Source of the DNA: an uncultured Acidobacteriaceae bacterium
Lineage (GTDB): Bacteria; Acidobacteriota; Terriglobia; Terriglobales; Acidobacteriaceae
Length of the DNA: 64,000 bases
NCBI GenBank assembly: GCA_963788555.1
Contig: CAWBHM010000022.1
Coordinates: forward strand, 54,993 to 118,992
Reading direction: 5' to 3'
Shown: piece after piece, positions 1 through 10,875 of the stretch
How positions within the stretch are numbered: the first letter of the stretch is position 1
Layout of the letters: each line of letters begins with the position of its first letter
Translations under genes and position numbers: made by a program
The notes under the pieces: model-generated
Databases searched by the model: none
What the model saw: the letters and a program-made list of their open reading frames with translations, nothing else
What the model was told of the DNA's origin: nothing

Positions 1-77
1 AAATTCGTTTGGTGAGAGAGGTGACGAGGGAGATACGAAATAACAAAACAGAAAGCAAGCGTACGGATCGGAACTTG

Positions 78-1385
78 CTAGGGATGATTGGCTTCCCGGC
101 GCAGCAGTGCATACAGAAACGGTTTGCCAGTCGGCTTCTGGCTGCCGCCGTGGGGCTCTACCGTGACAAAGACGGCATCAATTTCAGCAAGTTCTTTGGG
201 ATCATCCAGACGAAGCACCCACCGCCGGTTCGATTCGCTATCCATATATAAGATACCGAGGTTCGTGGCGTGGTTCTTCTCGCCTGATTCGGCGTCTCTT
301 TGCCCCCAGACCTGGAAAGCGCTCGCGTTCTTTACTCCCGGCTTGTGATCAAGATCAAAAGCGTAAAAGATCAGGGACTTGCTCTGGGTATAAAAGACGC
401 GGCCAAAAGGTTTGCGGGTGCGACTGCCGCTGTCCACATCGAAGACATCGGCGATATAGAGCTTGCGTGCACCCATCAGCTCGCGAATGTCGCGGTCGGA
501 GGAGAGGTATTGCTCATCGTCCTTTAGCTTGCGTTCCTGTTCGCGGTTGGAAGCGGTAAGCTCGTCGAGCCTGGACTCCAGAGAAGTTGTGCGCAACAGG
601 ACACGATCGTGTTCGGCGCGCAGAGTCGTCAACTCGGCTTGCACGAGTTGATAGTTCCGCTCCGCATCCTGGAGTTGGCTCGCGAGCTGGTCGCGTTGCT
701 CGGACACACGGCGGAACTCATCTTCGCGTTCCGCTTTCGCGGCGGAGAGCGCGGCGGAGCGCATTTCCGCAGCATGCAGTGCATCGCGTAAGCGGGCGAC
801 CTCCAGTTGACCGGCTGAGACCTGCGACTGCAGATGCGTCATCTGCGCCGTCTGCCGCGCAACCAGGTCGTCCGCAGTCCTTCTTGCGAGAGCCGAATCG
901 TAATTCTGAGCCAGCGGCGCTGGCGGAGCCTGGTCCTGAACTACATGGGCACGACCGCCCAAATGGTAAGCTCCCACCGCTAACAGCACGCAAGCTGCTA
1001 ACGCAACGGCAGTCCACTGGGCTGCGACTCTCGTGTGAATGACTGGAGCTCCCATCTGGAGAACTTCAGCCTTCGGGCGGTTGAACTGATCAGAAGCGTC
1101 GGCCTCGTCTCGAATACGCGCAAGCAGCCTGTTGCGCAACGGCTGATCATCCCAATCGTCCACTTCATCAGGAGTTTCATCGCGATAGCCATAGGCTGCG
1201 GCAAGGAAAGGCATGCCCTCCGCGCCGATCAGTTCGTACTCGGCGTGCGCCTGCGGGCACGATTCACAGACTCGCAGATGGCGATTGAGTTCCAGCCGCT
1301 CGTGTTCGCTGAGCGCTCCCCGTTGCGCCAGTGCGGCTAGCTCTTTGAACTTCTGGTGGCCATCCAGTCGTTCGTTCTTATTCAT
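78..1385 (-). CDS. anti-sigma factor (zf-HC2-type N-terminus, one TM segment, coiled-coil linker, RskA-like extracytoplasmic C-terminal domain)
   Basis: 435-aa ORF. The N-terminal HLRVCESCPQAHAEYE Cys/His motif is typical of zinc-finger anti-sigma factors. There is a hydrophobic segment WTAVALAACVLLAVGAY. The C-terminus FQVWGQ...VTVEPHGGSQKPTGKPFLYA resembles the anti-sigma-K (RskA) domain. The start overlaps the stop of the upstream sigma gene by 8 nt. Confidence 0.8.
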   Translation of the reverse strand: MNKNERLDGHQKFKELAALAQRGALSEHERLELNRHLRVCESCPQAHAEYELIGAEGMPFLAAAYGYRDETPDEVDDWDDQPLRNRLLARIRDEADASDQFNRPKAEVLQMGAPVIHTRVAAQWTAVALAACVLLAVGAYHLGGRAHVVQDQAPPAPLAQNYDSALARRTADDLVARQTAQMTHLQSQVSAGQLEVARLRDALHAAEMRSAALSAAKAEREDEFRRVSEQRDQLASQLQDAERNYQLVQAELTTLRAEHDRVLLRTTSLESRLDELTASNREQERKLKDDEQYLSSDRDIRELMGARKLYIADVFDVDSGSRTRKPFGRVFYTQSKSLIFYAFDLDHKPGVKNASAFQVWGQRDAESGEKNHATNLGILYMDSESNRRWVLRLDDPKELAEIDAVFVTVEPHGGSQKPTGKPFLYALLRREANHP

Positions 1386-2046
1386 TGTGTGTTTCCCGGA
1401 GCCTCTTTACCGCAGGGCTTTTCCGCAACCGTTCGAGACCTCGATAGAAGTGGTGCCGCACATTACCGAACGGCTCCCGCAACCGTTCGCTAATCTCTCT
1501 CAATTCCATACCGTGAAAGTAAAACAATTCGAGCGTCCTGCGTTGCATTTGGGTCAGCTCTTCGAACGCCGACAGCAGATGGGAGAAATCCAGTCTCAGC
1601 CCAACTTCCCGCTCGATGTCATTCTTCCCTGGCAATGTATCGTCCAGAGCCTCAATATCTGTACCAGAGTAGAAGCCTCTGCGCAACAAATATGCCCTTC
1701 GATCGCGTGCCCGGCTAAAGGCGTTTTGAACGAGCCATCCCTTGGCGCTACCTTTGGCCGGGTCAAAGAGCGGGGCTTTTTGGTAGACGCCAAAGAAGAC
1801 CTCTTGGACGACTTCCTCCGCTTCGCTTTTATCACTGAGGATTCGGAGTGCGATCCCGAATACCAACCTTGAGTATCGGGTGTAGAGCAGGTCGAGCCCT
1901 TTTGAATCTTTGGCTTGCATCCAAGCCATCAATTCTTCGTCGCTCGGCGAAGGAATTTCGAGGGGTTGCGGTTCCGCAACCCGACGAGCCCCGGTTCCCC
2001 AGATAACAGGGAATGCTAATGCGCGTCCATTCGGAGGAGAGCTCAT
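1378..2046 (-). CDS. ECF-type RNA polymerase sigma-70 family factor
   Basis: The ORF track gives 1378..2148. The region-2 signature DEELMAWMQAKDSKGLDLLYTRYSRLVFGIALRIL...AEEVVQEVF and the region-4 HTH MQRRTLELFYFHGMELREISERL are present. The start was chosen at Met35 (MSSPP) and is uncertain. Confidence 0.85.
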   Translation of the reverse strand: MSSPPNGRALAFPVIWGTGARRVAEPQPLEIPSPSDEELMAWMQAKDSKGLDLLYTRYSRLVFGIALRILSDKSEAEEVVQEVFFGVYQKAPLFDPAKGSAKGWLVQNAFSRARDRRAYLLRRGFYSGTDIEALDDTLPGKNDIEREVGLRLDFSHLLSAFEELTQMQRRTLELFYFHGMELREISERLREPFGNVRHHFYRGLERLRKSPAVKRLRETHNE

Positions 2047-2353
2047 TTTTCGAACTTGCAGCGGCAAGGCTGCAAACTTAAAGGAACACCCAACAAATCG
2101 GGCAGAACCCACATGGTCTGCCGATGATCCAGAACCCAGCGCGAACATACATCAGACCATTGACCGTTTTCCAGAATAAAAAGCGGCCGGAAGAATCCGT
2201 AAAATGTTTCAGCGAAATTGGTACAGATTTGCAACCGGCGCCGTATCTATTTGGGCGAACGATCAGGGCTGAATTTTCTTTGCCCCAGGCTTCTCGGGTG
2301 CTAGCTTTTCTTTCGTCTAATCAAGATTGGGAAACCGAGGCAGAGTGTTAGGA

Positions 2354-5300
2354 ATGCGCAGAGTGTTACGGACATTTCTTTTCGTTCTACTGTCTGCGGC
2401 CGCTCTTCGCTGCCAGTCGACCGACGCATCTCTCACCGGCAGAATTACCGATCCCAGAAAGGCCGTCATCACCGACGCAACCGTTACGGTCATCAACACC
2501 GGCACTGGAATCCACTATGAGGGTCTGACCAATGAAACGGGTGAGTATTACGTTTCCAACTTGCCTCCTGGACGATATCGAATTGAAGTGGAAAAGCTCG
2601 GATTCAAAGCCGTCATTCAATCCGGTGTCGTGCTCCACGTGCAAGACGCGGTGGAAATAAATTTCGAGATGATGCTGGGCTCGGCGTCCGAGAGCGTAAC
2701 AGTCGCGGGAGAATCGTCGCCGTTGGATACCGAGTCATCTACCGTGGGAACCGTCGTCGAACAACGAAAAGCCAACGAACTTCCTCTAAACGGACGCAAC
2801 GTCTTCAACTTGATTGTTCTGGCCCCGTCGGTGATCCCGCAAGGCAGCTCCACGGGCACCCCGGTCGGCGTGAATCCTTTCGGGTGGAACAACTACCAGG
2901 TCAGCGGTTCCTTCGGGAACCAGAGCGCAGAATACCTGGACGGACAGCCGCTCAACATTGGCTATATCAACCTGCCGGTTCTAATCCCCACGCAGGACTC
3001 GATTCAGGAATTCAAGGTGCAGACCAGCAATCTGGGAGCAGAATGGGGGCGCTTCGCCGGGGGAGTCACCAACCTCAGTACGAAAGGTGGGACGAATTAC
3101 CTTCACGGTGAGGCCTATGAGTACCTGCGCAACCGCATCTTCAATGCGAACGATTATTTTTTGAATGCCGCGGGTAAACCGCGTCCGCCGTGGGTGCAGA
3201 ACCAGTTTGGCGCAGAAGCCGGCGGGCCTCTTCGTCTTCCGGGTTACAACGGGCGTAATCGAACGTTCTGGTTTGCGAGCTGGGAGGGCTTTCGACTTCG
3301 AACCGGCGAGCCATGGACTGCAACCGTTCCGACCTCCGAAGAGCGCGCAGGAAACTTCTCGATGATCACAACGCCGATTATGGACTCCTGTGCGGGTGCA
3401 GTGAACGCTCAAGGTGCCTGTCCTGGTAGCGGTGCGGCCCCAGTCCCTTTCTCTGGAAACGTAGTCCCTGCGGGGCGGATCAATCCTACATCGAAAGCCC
3501 TTCTTTACCTGTGGCCGGCAGCCAACAGCGCGGGTATTGTGACTCCATCCGGAACCGTGAACAACTTCAATACGGTGACCCCGACGGGTGGAAATCAGGA
3601 CCAGGTTGTGGTGCGCGTTGACCAGGACATCACGCTGCGGCAGCGGGTGTTCGTCCGCTTCAGCAACTGGAGCGTGATGGATCTACCCATCGATCCGCTA
3701 GGAAGCGGCCTATGCTCCGACCGATGTTCGGAAAAGTATTCGACGAACGCAGTGGTGGCTGCTTACAACTACGACATCAGCCCCGCCACGATCTTCGACT
3801 TCAACGCCAGCCTGAGCCGCTTTAAATACAATCGTTCACCCAAGAACGCAGAGTTTGATTTGACGTCGATCGGATGGCCGGCAGCCTACAACAGCGCAGT
3901 ACCCTCGATCATGCGGACGCCGCCTACGCCATGCGTCGCCAATTTTGCGGACAACGTCATGTGCACGCAGGGGCAAAGCTTCATTCAAGACCGGGACACG
4001 CAATATAACCTCTCTCCCGGTGTCACGCTGATGCGCGGCCATCACCGCTACCACTTTGGAGGTCAGTATGAGGCGGGCTACGACAATTACGCGCAGACCA
4101 ACGTGGCCAGCGGCGCATTTGATTTCTGCGCGTCCAGTCAGCCCTGTTTCAGCGGATTCCCCTTCGCTGATTTTCTCCTGGGATATGCCGACAACTACAG
4201 CAACTTCGAAAATCACTTCTTCGCGCAAGCCGTCGTGCCTGCGTTTACCGCCGGAAAACAGACCTATAGCGCCCTGTATTTCAATGACACGTGGCACGCG
4301 GCCGAGCGCCTGACCTTGAACCTGGGCCTCCGATATGAACTACAAAGCCCCTGGACCGAGCGCTTCGACCGGCTCTCTTATTTCGATCCCGGTGCGCCGA
4401 GCTATATCAATCAATATTTGCCCGCTGGGTCGCCGACGGTGATGGGCGATGTGTTCCTTTTGCCAGCCGGAACACGGAGCAATTTACCGATTGCAAAAGA
4501 TGGCTTTGCGCCCCGCATTGGCGTTGCCTACAGCTTGACCTCGAAGACTCTTGTACGCGGAGGCTACGGAATCTTTTGGATTCCCGACGACGTTTCCTTT
4601 GCGCTGAATCCCATCAATGACATGGTTAATGCGCCGGGCACTACGTACACCGGGACTGTCGATGGAACGCATCCTTACAACTCGATTTCTCTTCCCTTCC
4701 CCAATGGCATTTCTCCCCCTCCGGGACGCAGTTTGGGAACCCTCGGCACCGAGCAATTCCTGACGCAAGTCGTGCAGTCCATTACCGAAGTAGATCGCTT
4801 TCATCATCCCCAAGGCTACGTTCAGCAATGGAATCTGAACCTCGAGCGCCAACTTCCGGGTGGATTTCTGCTATCCGCCGCGTATGTGGGATCGAAGGGA
4901 ACGCACCTGGAACAGTACTCCCAGCAAACCAATCAGATTTCCGATTCTCTGCTCTCTCAAGCGGCTGCGCAGTTTGCTGCGGGTGGGAAGACCGCGGTCA
5001 CGCTTTTGCAGTCGGTGCCCAATCCTTTCTTTGTGAATGGAGAAGCACTCGCATTAGGCGCGCCCGCGACAACGGTTGGTCAACTTCTTCGACCGTACCC
5101 GCAATACACCAGCGTGGAACTGGCTGGGCAAGGCTCATTCGCCAGCACCTATCATTCCTTGCAGGTCACGGCGCAAAGACGTTTTGCGGGCGCCGGTTCC
5201 CTTCTCGTCGCCTACACGAATTCAAAACTGATCAGCAATACCGATACCCTCACGTCCTGGCTGGAAACCGGGGTGGGCGCACTTCAGGACAACAACAACC

Positions 5301-5911
5301 TGCGAAACGAGCGCTCTCTGTCATCTCAGGATGTGCCCCAGCGATTGGTGATCAGCTATGTGCTCGATCTGCCCTTCGGCCAAGGCCAGAAGTATCTCTC
5401 GAACGTTGGCAGCACTGTGAACAGCGTAGTTGACGGGTGGGGAATCGACGGTGTGACCACGTTTCAAAGAGGATTTCCCCTAGTGTTCAGCAATGGACAA
5501 GCCAATGACGCAACGTTGTTTGGAGCTGGCTCGCGACCGAATCTCGTAGCCGGATGCGACAAAGCTACGGTTGCCAGCCCATCGCGTCTCGACAGATGGT
5601 TCAATGCCGCTTGCTTTGCCGCACCCGCCGACTTCACGTTTGGCAATGAACCGCGCGTCGACGCAACCTTGCGGTCGGAGGGTGTAGTGAACTTTGATTT
5701 TGCCGTATTTAAGCGGATTGTTTTTGGGCGGGACGGCCGGCAGGGGGTCGAATCTAGAGTAGAGTTTTTCAACTTGTTCAACCGCACCCAATTTGCTCCG
5801 CCGAACACCACATGCTGTACGACGAATAATGCAAATTTTGGATTTGTGACCAGCACGGCGCCCGGAACGAATCCTCGGCTGATTCAATTTGCTCTCAAGT
5901 TCTTCTTCTGA
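2354..5911 (+). CDS. TonB-dependent outer-membrane receptor with N-terminal carboxypeptidase-regulatory-like domain
   Basis: An uninterrupted 3.6-kb ORF. Signal peptide MRRVLRTFLFVLLSAAALRCQS. CarboxypepD_reg-like LTGRITDPRKAVITDATVTVINTGTGIHYEGLTNETGEYYVSNLPPGRYRIEVEKLGFK. Plug-like ELPLNGRNVFNL. C-terminal beta-barrel ending in ...RLIQFALKFFF (terminal aromatic residue). Confidence 0.9.
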   Translation: MRRVLRTFLFVLLSAAALRCQSTDASLTGRITDPRKAVITDATVTVINTGTGIHYEGLTNETGEYYVSNLPPGRYRIEVEKLGFKAVIQSGVVLHVQDAVEINFEMMLGSASESVTVAGESSPLDTESSTVGTVVEQRKANELPLNGRNVFNLIVLAPSVIPQGSSTGTPVGVNPFGWNNYQVSGSFGNQSAEYLDGQPLNIGYINLPVLIPTQDSIQEFKVQTSNLGAEWGRFAGGVTNLSTKGGTNYLHGEAYEYLRNRIFNANDYFLNAAGKPRPPWVQNQFGAEAGGPLRLPGYNGRNRTFWFASWEGFRLRTGEPWTATVPTSEERAGNFSMITTPIMDSCAGAVNAQGACPGSGAAPVPFSGNVVPAGRINPTSKALLYLWPAANSAGIVTPSGTVNNFNTVTPTGGNQDQVVVRVDQDITLRQRVFVRFSNWSVMDLPIDPLGSGLCSDRCSEKYSTNAVVAAYNYDISPATIFDFNASLSRFKYNRSPKNAEFDLTSIGWPAAYNSAVPSIMRTPPTPCVANFADNVMCTQGQSFIQDRDTQYNLSPGVTLMRGHHRYHFGGQYEAGYDNYAQTNVASGAFDFCASSQPCFSGFPFADFLLGYADNYSNFENHFFAQAVVPAFTAGKQTYSALYFNDTWHAAERLTLNLGLRYELQSPWTERFDRLSYFDPGAPSYINQYLPAGSPTVMGDVFLLPAGTRSNLPIAKDGFAPRIGVAYSLTSKTLVRGGYGIFWIPDDVSFALNPINDMVNAPGTTYTGTVDGTHPYNSISLPFPNGISPPPGRSLGTLGTEQFLTQVVQSITEVDRFHHPQGYVQQWNLNLERQLPGGFLLSAAYVGSKGTHLEQYSQQTNQISDSLLSQAAAQFAAGGKTAVTLLQSVPNPFFVNGEALALGAPATTVGQLLRPYPQYTSVELAGQGSFASTYHSLQVTAQRRFAGAGSLLVAYTNSKLISNTDTLTSWLETGVGALQDNNNLRNERSLSSQDVPQRLVISYVLDLPFGQGQKYLSNVGSTVNSVVDGWGIDGVTTFQRGFPLVFSNGQANDATLFGAGSRPNLVAGCDKATVASPSRLDRWFNAACFAAPADFTFGNEPRVDATLRSEGVVNFDFAVFKRIVFGRDGRQGVESRVEFFNLFNRTQFAPPNTTCCTTNNANFGFVTSTAPGTNPRLIQFALKFFF

Positions 5912-5965
5912 GGACCGGAAACGAACCGGCGCTTGTGGCATAGTACGAATTTAGGGCGTTGCGCG

Positions 5966-7607
5966 ATGCTGAACCGAATCTTACAGTTCGTTTGCGCGAT
6001 TGGGCTCATGGCCGCAACCGCTCCGAATGGCTCCCCGATCTTTGATGTTAAGACACCGCGCGGGATCGATTTCACCTTGCAAAACTCACCCACGCCGCAA
6101 AAGTATCTCATCGAGACGATGCCCGGAGGCGTTGCGCTCCTCGACTACAACAACGATGGGTTACTGGACATTTTCGTGGTGAACGGAGGGCACGTCAGCA
6201 GTCCGATGCCCACGCCGGAGAACTTCGAACGGCATGATCCTCGCTATTGGAATCGCCTTTACCGTCAAAACAAAGACGGCACCTTCACCGACGTAACCGA
6301 GCAAGCGGGACTGGCAAATGCCGGCGACGGCAACTACGGCATGGGAGTGGCCGTCGGCGACTATGACAATGATGGCTTTCCTGACCTGTACGTCACGAGC
6401 TACGGCAAAAACATTCTTTATCACAACAATGGAGACGGCACATTCACGGATGTGACGGCAAAGGCGGGAGTCGCCGGAGGAGGCTGGTCCGTCTCGGCAG
6501 GTTTTTTTGATTACGACAACGATGGCAAGCTCGATCTATTTGTCACGCGCTACATGGAATGGGACACCCAACACAGCAAGGATTGTGGTGGAAACTTCCA
6601 TACCTATTGTCCTCCAGGAGAATTTCCGCGCACGACCAACATCCTTTATCACAACCGAGGCGACGGCACTTTCGAGGACGTTACCCAGCGTTCGGGAATT
6701 GCAGCCAAAAAGGGGCACGGCTTGGGGGTCGCCTTCGCAGATTATGACGGCGACGGATTCACCGATATCTATGTTGCGAATGACGGCATGCAGCAATATC
6801 TATTTCACAACAACGGCAATGGCACATTTACGGAAGTCGGTCTGGAATCAGGTGCTGCGTTGAATGTGGACGGCGGCCCGCTATCGGGCATGGGCGTGGT
6901 ATTCCAGGACTACGATAATGACGGCCTTCCCGATGTGATTGTAACGACGCTGCCGCGACAGACGTATGCCGTTTTTCACAATGACGGTCACGGGTCGTTC
7001 AGTGATCGCGGGCTGGCCAACTGGCGTCACCATGCTTTCAGGGGTAACGGCCGGATGGGGCGTGGGACTGGAAGACTTCGACAACGACGGGCAGAAGGAT
7101 TTGTTTGTGGCGCAGGGGCACGTACTGGATAACGTAGAGAAGATTGATCCCTCTCTGCACTATCTGGAACCCGCACTGCTGGCGTTAAATCGAGGCGGAC
7201 GTTTTGAGCCCGCCGATCCGGGAACATCCGCGCTGGTGGCCGCTCGAGGCACAGCCTTTGGCGACTTGAACAACGATGGTTCCATCGATGTCGTGACTAC
7301 CGTTCTAGGGAGTCCTCCGCAGGTGTTTATGAATCGCGGCAGCAGCGTCCATTGGCTTACGATCACTCTTCGCGGCACACGCAGCAACCGTGACGGCCTG
7401 GGCGCGCGCGTGCAGGTAAATGGACAAACCCGTTTCGCCACGACCGCCGGAAGCTACGAGTCAGCCAACGACAAACGTATCCACTTCGGCCTAGGCACGG
7501 CAAAGACCGCGAAAGTAGAAGTGCTTTGGCCTTCCCGCACACACCAGGTGTTGAATGATGTGCAAGCCGATCAATTTCTCGAAATACGCGAACCGGAGCG
7601 CCCATGA
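5966..7607 (+). pseudogene. CRTAC1-family FG-GAP/VCBS repeat protein with C-terminal ASPIC/UnbV domain; reading frame changes near 7010-7030
   Basis: ORF 5933..7132 carries repeated DYNNDGxxDIFV / GDGTFTDVT FG-GAP motifs. ORF 6966..7607, in another frame, continues with GVGLEDFDNDGQKDLFV and the UnbV-like WLTITLRGTRSNRDGLGARVQV...HFGLG...VEVLWPS. The two frames overlap at 6966-7132. Confidence 0.8.
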
Positions 7608-8752
7608 TTCATGCGGTGATGATTCGAATCGTTCTCACCTTTTGGCTGGCATTGCAGACGATTTCTCCGGAGGCGACTGAACATTGGAATGCGGCCCGCC
7701 ACGCCGAGGAGCAAAAGAATTTCGATCTTGCAGTCAGTGAATATCGCGCCGTGACCAAACTTGAGCCCGCGTTTGCCGGGGGATTTGTGAGTCTCGGACA
7801 GGCTTTCATGGAACGAGAAGATTACGGGTCCGCCCTGGCTCCCCTCAAGGATGCCCTCGAGATCGATCCCAACCTCCTTCCCGCGCATCAGCTCTTGGGG
7901 TATGCACTACTGGCTCAAGGCTACGCGGCCGAAGCAATTCCACATCTGGATCGTGCTCACGAACAGGGCGCGCTCGGGATAGCGCAGGCTGAGACGGGGC
8001 AGTTCGCTGAGGCGATCCAGAATCTGCAGGCAGCTTTGCAGAAGCGCCCGAATGATCCGGACTTGCTCTACTATCTCGGGCGCGCCAGCGGGTTGCTCTC
8101 GAAACAGTCGGTGGACACGCTTCTGGCGGTCTATCCGGATTCGGCACGAGCCCACCAGTCGATGGCCGAGAATTATTTTGTGCTGCGGCAAATGGCGGAG
8201 GCGGAGAAGGAATACGTGGCAGCGCTGAAGGAGCGTCCCGACACTCCCAATCTCCACTTGGAACTCGGGCAGGTATACGCGATGAGCTCGCGCTGGCCCC
8301 AGGCCGAAGAGCAGTTTCGTGCAGAGGTCAAACGGCAACCTGGAAATGCGGAGGCGGAATACCGACTGGGGGATGCCCTACTCCAACAAGGCAAGGCACA
8401 CGAGGCTCTGCTGGAGTTAGAGCGATCCGATAAGTTGCAACCGGAGATGCCGGAGACGCTGTATTCGCTAGGCAAGGCGGCTTCCCTCGCAGGCGACGCA
8501 TCGACGGCGGAAAACGCGTGGACGCGTCTGCTGACCATCGAGAAAGACAGCCCGCTCGCTGCCCAAGCTCATTTCGGTTTGGCTGGTTTGTACCGGAAAG
8601 AAGGAAAGACTGCCGAGGCGGCGGAGATCACATGCGCGAGTTTCAGAGACTGCAGAAATCGTCGGGGAACGGTGCGGAACGCCAGTGAGACCAAGAGGAT
8701 GCGATTCGGATTCTTGGCTACTGAATCGTTTGCGACATGGGCCGAACAGTGA
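7604..8752 (+). CDS. tetratricopeptide (TPR) repeat protein
   Basis: 382-aa ORF whose start overlaps the previous stop (ATGA). It contains multiple 34-residue A/L/Y-rich repeats. The last ~40 codons look out of frame: an alternative frame from about 8629 reads HMREFQRLQKSSGNGAERQ and stops at 8686-8688, which looks like a more natural C-terminus. Confidence 0.75.
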   Translation: MIHAVMIRIVLTFWLALQTISPEATEHWNAARHAEEQKNFDLAVSEYRAVTKLEPAFAGGFVSLGQAFMEREDYGSALAPLKDALEIDPNLLPAHQLLGYALLAQGYAAEAIPHLDRAHEQGALGIAQAETGQFAEAIQNLQAALQKRPNDPDLLYYLGRASGLLSKQSVDTLLAVYPDSARAHQSMAENYFVLRQMAEAEKEYVAALKERPDTPNLHLELGQVYAMSSRWPQAEEQFRAEVKRQPGNAEAEYRLGDALLQQGKAHEALLELERSDKLQPEMPETLYSLGKAASLAGDASTAENAWTRLLTIEKDSPLAAQAHFGLAGLYRKEGKTAEAAEITCASFRDCRNRRGTVRNASETKRMRFGFLATESFATWAEQ

Positions 8753-9051
8753 GCGTACTTCCGCAGCATGGAAGACTCTGACGATACCGCCTTTACCGGA
8801 TCACCCACGAAATTCACCAGGCAGAGAGCAGCCGAAAAACGGACCAGGACATTAGCTCCCACATTAGCTCCCATTGACATTCTCTGAAAAATGTAGCAAA
8901 ACACAGCTAGCTGGGAAAACCCAATGTGTAACCAGGAGACAACCAACTGCCGGCCAACCTGAAACAGACGCTTTCATCAGCCCCGCTTCCTTTTACATTT
9001 TCAGCAAACTTTGCCTGTCGTGAACTATGGAATGTACGGGCCCGACGCGCG

Positions 9052-9411
9052 TTGAGTGTAGCGATGTTGGGACTAGCGTCGCTCAGTTGCGGCTCCTCCC
9101 ACGCTATTCTTGAGATCAGCGCTCCCTCCACGGTGGTAGCAGGCGTCCCCTTCTCCGCTACAGTCACCGCAACATACAATGGGACACGAGACACGATTAT
9201 TGACGGTCCCATACACTTCACGACCTCCGACACGGCCGCTCACCTTCCAACTCTCTACGTGTTTACCGCGGCCGATGCAGGCTCCCACACGTTTGACGGT
9301 CTAACATTGGTGACTCCCGGAAATCAAACTATGACGGTGTCTGATTACGACGCCACTCCAATCGCCGGAACCGTGAACATCACGGTCTCTGCCGCAACCA
9401 CTCAACAGTAA
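9052..9411 (+). CDS. small secreted/lipoprotein-like protein, beta-sandwich (Ig-like) composition, function unknown
   Basis: 119-aa ORF with signal/lipobox-like MLGLASLSC and T/V/A-rich beta-strand-like sequence. No family was recognised. Confidence 0.45.
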   Translation: MSVAMLGLASLSCGSSHAILEISAPSTVVAGVPFSATVTATYNGTRDTIIDGPIHFTTSDTAAHLPTLYVFTAADAGSHTFDGLTLVTPGNQTMTVSDYDATPIAGTVNITVSAATTQQ

Positions 9412-9687
9412 TGCAATCGAAGTGCGTCGACCGCGCGTTCCACTCTTCATGGGACCGTTTTCAGGCCAGGGCTACAGACTTGCCGGATGCTATACTTCAC
9501 GTGTTTTACGACAGCAGCAGTCGTTCTGAACATGTACATTGAATTCCGACCCGTGTCGTAATGCTCCGTTGGGGGTGGGGAGCTCGGGGGCGTATTGGCG
9601 ATTGCAACTCGTCCCGCCTGACAAATCCCGCCAATTCGTTGGGCTGACAGTGGATGCGGTCTGAATCACGGAAAGAGGAAGACGCGT

Positions 9688-10650
9688 TTGAGGCCGTTTG
9701 CGGACGGGAAATCCGACTTGGCGCTTGCACCGAAAGCCTCGAGCGGCACACGCCTTTTTTCGGTACTGCTTTTTGCGAGCCTCGGAATTCTCGCACCATT
9801 GGCAAGCGCCCGGCGGTGCGGCTTCGAACCGCCAGACCTCACCTTCGGTTCCGGTAACAATGACAGTGCGTCCTATCGTCCCTTCATCCATCAGGGTATG
9901 GTCAACTGCGGTGGGGATGAGCCCGGCGGCCCCATTCTCAACTCGTCCTTCGGCACGGAGGAATCAGCCTCCACCTGGGGGCTCGCCGAAGATCCCACGA
10001 CGCATCCGTCGGTTGATAGATCACTCCACTCCCAACCGCTCGACTTCAACCAGGATATCTACCAGCGAAACAAGCTCGAATTCTCTCTGGATGTAGGATG
10101 GCTTCCGATCAATATCCCTTTTCCTTTTGATGTTTTCGAAGGCGATCCGTACGAACTCTATCCTCTTCGATACACACTGGTCCCCATCATCGCCTCTCTC
10201 CGCTGGCAGGTCGACGATGTAGGAGGCCCCTGGATTCTGCGCGGCAATTGGGATGTCACGTTCAGCGGCTCCCTTACAGCGATTCCAAAAGGCCCTGAGA
10301 CCCGATATTTCTCCTACGACATGGGCCTTCGACGGAATTTTGTCCAACGTAACTGGAGGGTGGTGCCATACGTCGATCTCCGCGCCGGCCTAGGGCTCAT
10401 TGACGCGAAAGGTCCTCTTGGCGTGTATTACGCGCAGGGACAGAACTTCACTTTCACCATGAACTTGGGCAGCGGCGCGCGTTATAACTTCAATTCTCGC
10501 TATGCTGTTTCTGCAGGTCTGAACTGGATGCACATCTCGAACAACAATTTGTCCGCCCCCCAGTATTCGAACTATGGCATCAATGTTTATGGGCCGATGT
10601 TTGGAATCGATATCACGCTGCACAAGCCGTCACGACACTCTGAGCAGTAG
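9688..10650 (+). CDS. acyloxyacyl hydrolase / PagL-like lipid A deacylase family outer-membrane protein
   Basis: 320-aa ORF with a TTG start. The C-terminal beta-barrel-like region contains GLNWMHISNNNL (His...Ser...Asn motif of the PagL/acyloxyacyl hydrolase family) and ends FGIDITLHK. The start codon is uncertain. Confidence 0.6.
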   Translation: MRPFADGKSDLALAPKASSGTRLFSVLLFASLGILAPLASARRCGFEPPDLTFGSGNNDSASYRPFIHQGMVNCGGDEPGGPILNSSFGTEESASTWGLAEDPTTHPSVDRSLHSQPLDFNQDIYQRNKLEFSLDVGWLPINIPFPFDVFEGDPYELYPLRYTLVPIIASLRWQVDDVGGPWILRGNWDVTFSGSLTAIPKGPETRYFSYDMGLRRNFVQRNWRVVPYVDLRAGLGLIDAKGPLGVYYAQGQNFTFTMNLGSGARYNFNSRYAVSAGLNWMHISNNNLSAPQYSNYGINVYGPMFGIDITLHKPSRHSEQ

Positions 10651-10875
10651 CAGGGGAAGAGCGGTGGCGGAGGTCAACTCGTGGTAGCCCCTGCCCTGGC
10701 ACCCCCTAAACCGGACGACCCGAATTGCGAGTTCTCGCAAACTCAAGAAGAAAAATTGCAAGGAAGTGCACGACACGGCGAAAAACAGATAATCAGGTCC
10801 GAACAGGGAGGTAGAGACAGCACCGATTAGCCCATGCAGTTCTCTCAACTGCATCAGCGCTCGTAATCGCCTTCG

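Noticed and set aside
2150-2330. A possible ECF-type promoter (GAAC-like -35 and CGT-like -10) upstream of the TonB receptor and of the sigma gene.
   Set aside because: Several weak candidates can be read in (for example CAACC...GGGCGAAC), but none has convincing spacing. This cannot be supported without a known consensus for this sigma factor.
8850-8880. A 12-bp tandem repeat CATTAGCTCCCA in two copies, followed by TTGACA, considered as a promoter element.
   Set aside because: It is a short repeat in a 300-bp intergenic region. No matching -10 box sits at a proper distance, and no downstream gene start is close enough to support the call.
10836-10856. The inverted repeat ATGCAGTT-ctctc-AACTGCAT downstream of the giant FG-GAP gene, considered as a terminator.
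   Set aside because: The stem is only 8 bp and AT-containing, and no U-tract follows on the minus strand. The evidence is too weak to call.
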